The translations under genes were made by a program, and so were the position numbers. From the NCBI RefSeq assembly GCF_009914755.1, contig NC_060936.1: DNA of 64,000 bases. One strand, written 5' to 3'. The notes under the pieces were generated by a model, which was not told the origin of the DNA, searched no databases, and worked only from the letters and a program-made list of their open reading frames with translations. Source of the DNA: the human T2T-CHM13v2.0 reference genome, Homo sapiens. This document shows, one piece after another, positions 61,204-64,000 of this stretch (positions are counted from its first letter, which is position 1; every line of letters begins with the position of its first letter).

Positions 61204-63356
61204 CAGCCTGTGATTCTTACCAGGTCATTTTACCTACTGTGCCTTTCTTTTTATCTATAAAATGGAGATTAAAATACTTTCTTTCCTCAGAGAGTTAGTG
61301 TGAAGATCCAAGCAGACACAGACACGTTGTTACCTTGCAAACAGCTTCTCTAGATATGCCTAGTCAATAGCAGTTAAATAATAACAACAATAATAGTGTG
61401 GTTTTGGTGCCTCATATACCAGGTTGCAAATATTCTCTGTGAGGACCTGTTCAAACAGTATCCCGAAATTAGTGTATTTGATAGAAAAGGTGAAATGTAT
61501 CAGGCCCAGTCTTATCCAGAGCCTTTCTATTCCTTCTCCTCTCAACCGTAACACCATTGAGCAGTTCAGAACACCAATTTCATCCTGTGGCAGGAGAGCC
61601 TGATGCTGCTTGAGATCAACAGTACTTGGACTCTGCAGCTAGTTGCTCTCATTAATCTAACTCAGTGTCCCAGTTCATGTGACTGGACCTTGGCCTCTCC
61701 CCATAAGTCCCAAATGCTGCCATGTTCTCCTGGTTTTATAGTAAGTTTTTTTTTTTCCTGGTTCAAAGTCTACATGGTTTTTCTTTTTGAAAACCTACAT
61801 GGTTTCTTTTTGTAGCCTGGCTCTCTTGCTTGTTCCTACTGGATCCAGGACGAGCGCCCTTCCTGGGACAGAAGCCCCATGGCTGGAACCCCCTCCCCAC
61901 TGGCTGGCCTTCAGATTTGGTCATCATCTGCTCCAATCCCCCTTGGCTGAGCTCACACCATAACTGTGCACAGTGTCTGGGATCCTCTTTTGCTTTCTAA
62001 GCCACACAGTGAGCAAAAGACAACAGCAGTCCCCTGGTCCCAGTGCCTTCTGCGAGACGTCTTCTTCCTCAGCCCTCTATGCTATGGTTCTCTGCTGCCC
62101 ACCCAAGTTTGCAGGGATGTCAAATACAAAGAAACCTGCTGTTACCTGGGTAACAGAGATATGCAAAGTATAACATGACATGATATGTCTAGAATCTACT
62201 TCTTGGATAGGACTAGGGAAGGTCAATGTGCTGCATTGCAGAGAGCTGGTAACATTTACATGTACTATGTGTCAATCTGTCCCTCTGCAAACATTTATTG
62301 AGTAGCAACTAAGTGCAGGGCACAATTCTAGACATAGAAATACTTCAGTGAATAAGATCAACAGTCTCTGCTTTCAAATAGTATACCATTTTGTGGAGGG
62401 TGGGCTGGAACTGGAGAGAAATCCAGTACTCTACCCTCCTAGATTCTCAGCACTGAAAGGCCTTTTAGGCATTCTTTCCCCTTACATTATGCATCAGCCC
62501 TATCCCCAAGGAGTTTCTAACTTATTTAAAATGGCAGTACATACACCAAAGAAAACCTTCATAAGGCATGACATGAAAAGGTCTACACTAATAAGATAAA
62601 TATAATTTGATAAGTGCTGAAATGATTACAAATTAGAATGATATGGAATTAAACTAAATGGGAAATACTTCCTGGAAAAGGTTTTAGGTTTAGATTTAGG
62701 TGGAAATGATGAACATGATAACTTAATAATACATTGATTTTAGTGATTCTCCTTTTAGTTCCTTATTCTCTTCTCCTTTTTTTTCTTTTAATGCTATCCA
62801 AGTTTGTTTTTTAATCACAATGCCATTTTTCACCTACAATCATTAGCTACCAAATGTCCTATACTTACTAGAGGCAATGAATGGTGGTTACCTTCTGAGT
62901 ACAGGCAATATTTTCAATATGACTTTTTAGTCATAGATCTCTAAAGAGTGGTAGCATATCTCAAAAACCCTTGAAGCAATGAGTGCTATTATGTGAGATT
63001 TTGAAAGAGTAAAGTAAATGTGAGGCACAGTTAAGAACTTTGTAATTTTTTTGTAATAATGAGGTTAAAATGAATATAATTCATCCAGTAAATTTATCAC
63101 TTTTATAGTCTAACAAGTGACCAAACCAGCCCAGCAACTGAAAAGAGTAAATTTCTAAAAGCAACTGTTGCTTTTATACCCACTTTAATGGTTGAAAGTA
63201 TTTTTGCCTAAGTGAAAATATAAAATAAAAATTCCAAAGTGGAAGAGCATGCTAATAATGTATACTAAAGCAGATGTCTTATTATAAGAACACATCAACT
63301 CATTTTCATATTTCCAACCACTTAGCGACATAGCACTTGTGTTAAAACATAACACA

Positions 63357-63668
<312 letters not shown>

Positions 63669-64000
63669 AACACATGCAGGTGCACACAACCACAATATAC
63701 ATGGGAATGACTAAGATGGTACACAGTTGCAGCATCACTAATATTTGATTTAAAACAACATTAGAGCACTTATATTACAAAACAAATGTACTCACCTCTA
63801 AAATGTATTTAATAAGAAATATTATAAAATACAGCTGATAATAAAACTAAAATGTGTTTCTCTCAGCAAAAGTTATTATCCAATTTTTAAGCTACAATGC
63901 AGTCTATGTAGCATTTCTATTTAAATTCATTCATTTGCCTGCTAGAAACTGAAATGAGTATATGCATAGATGTGAATGATTCTATACAGATTGATACAAT

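Overview
Human/primate genomic DNA: AT-rich, CpG-depleted and dense in Alu, L1, L2 and MIR repeats. The window lies inside ITPR2 (type 2 IP3 receptor), transcribed on the - strand. Six consecutive coding exons lie at 3334-17463 (109, 188, 184, 257, 201 and 111 nt in transcript order; probably exons 38-43, numbering from memory). All have GT-AG boundaries and join in one frame. The remaining ~46.5 kb is one large intron. Most ORF-track entries are repeat artefacts. Best non-obvious signals: (1) a fossil Ty3/Gypsy integrase (His-His zinc-finger region plus catalytic core, decodable across frameshifts) at ~22.3-23.0 kb; (2) three locally templated insertion/fold-back scars at 28.2, 31.0 and 44.5 kb; (3) two E-box + D-box candidate circadian enhancers at 36.8 and 46.2 kb; (4) an Alu-tail AAAGG/AAGGG pentamer array resembling the RFC1 locus; (5) in-frame exon modules each bracketed by inverted Alus. 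Repeat subfamily calls are by eye and repeat boundaries are approximate.
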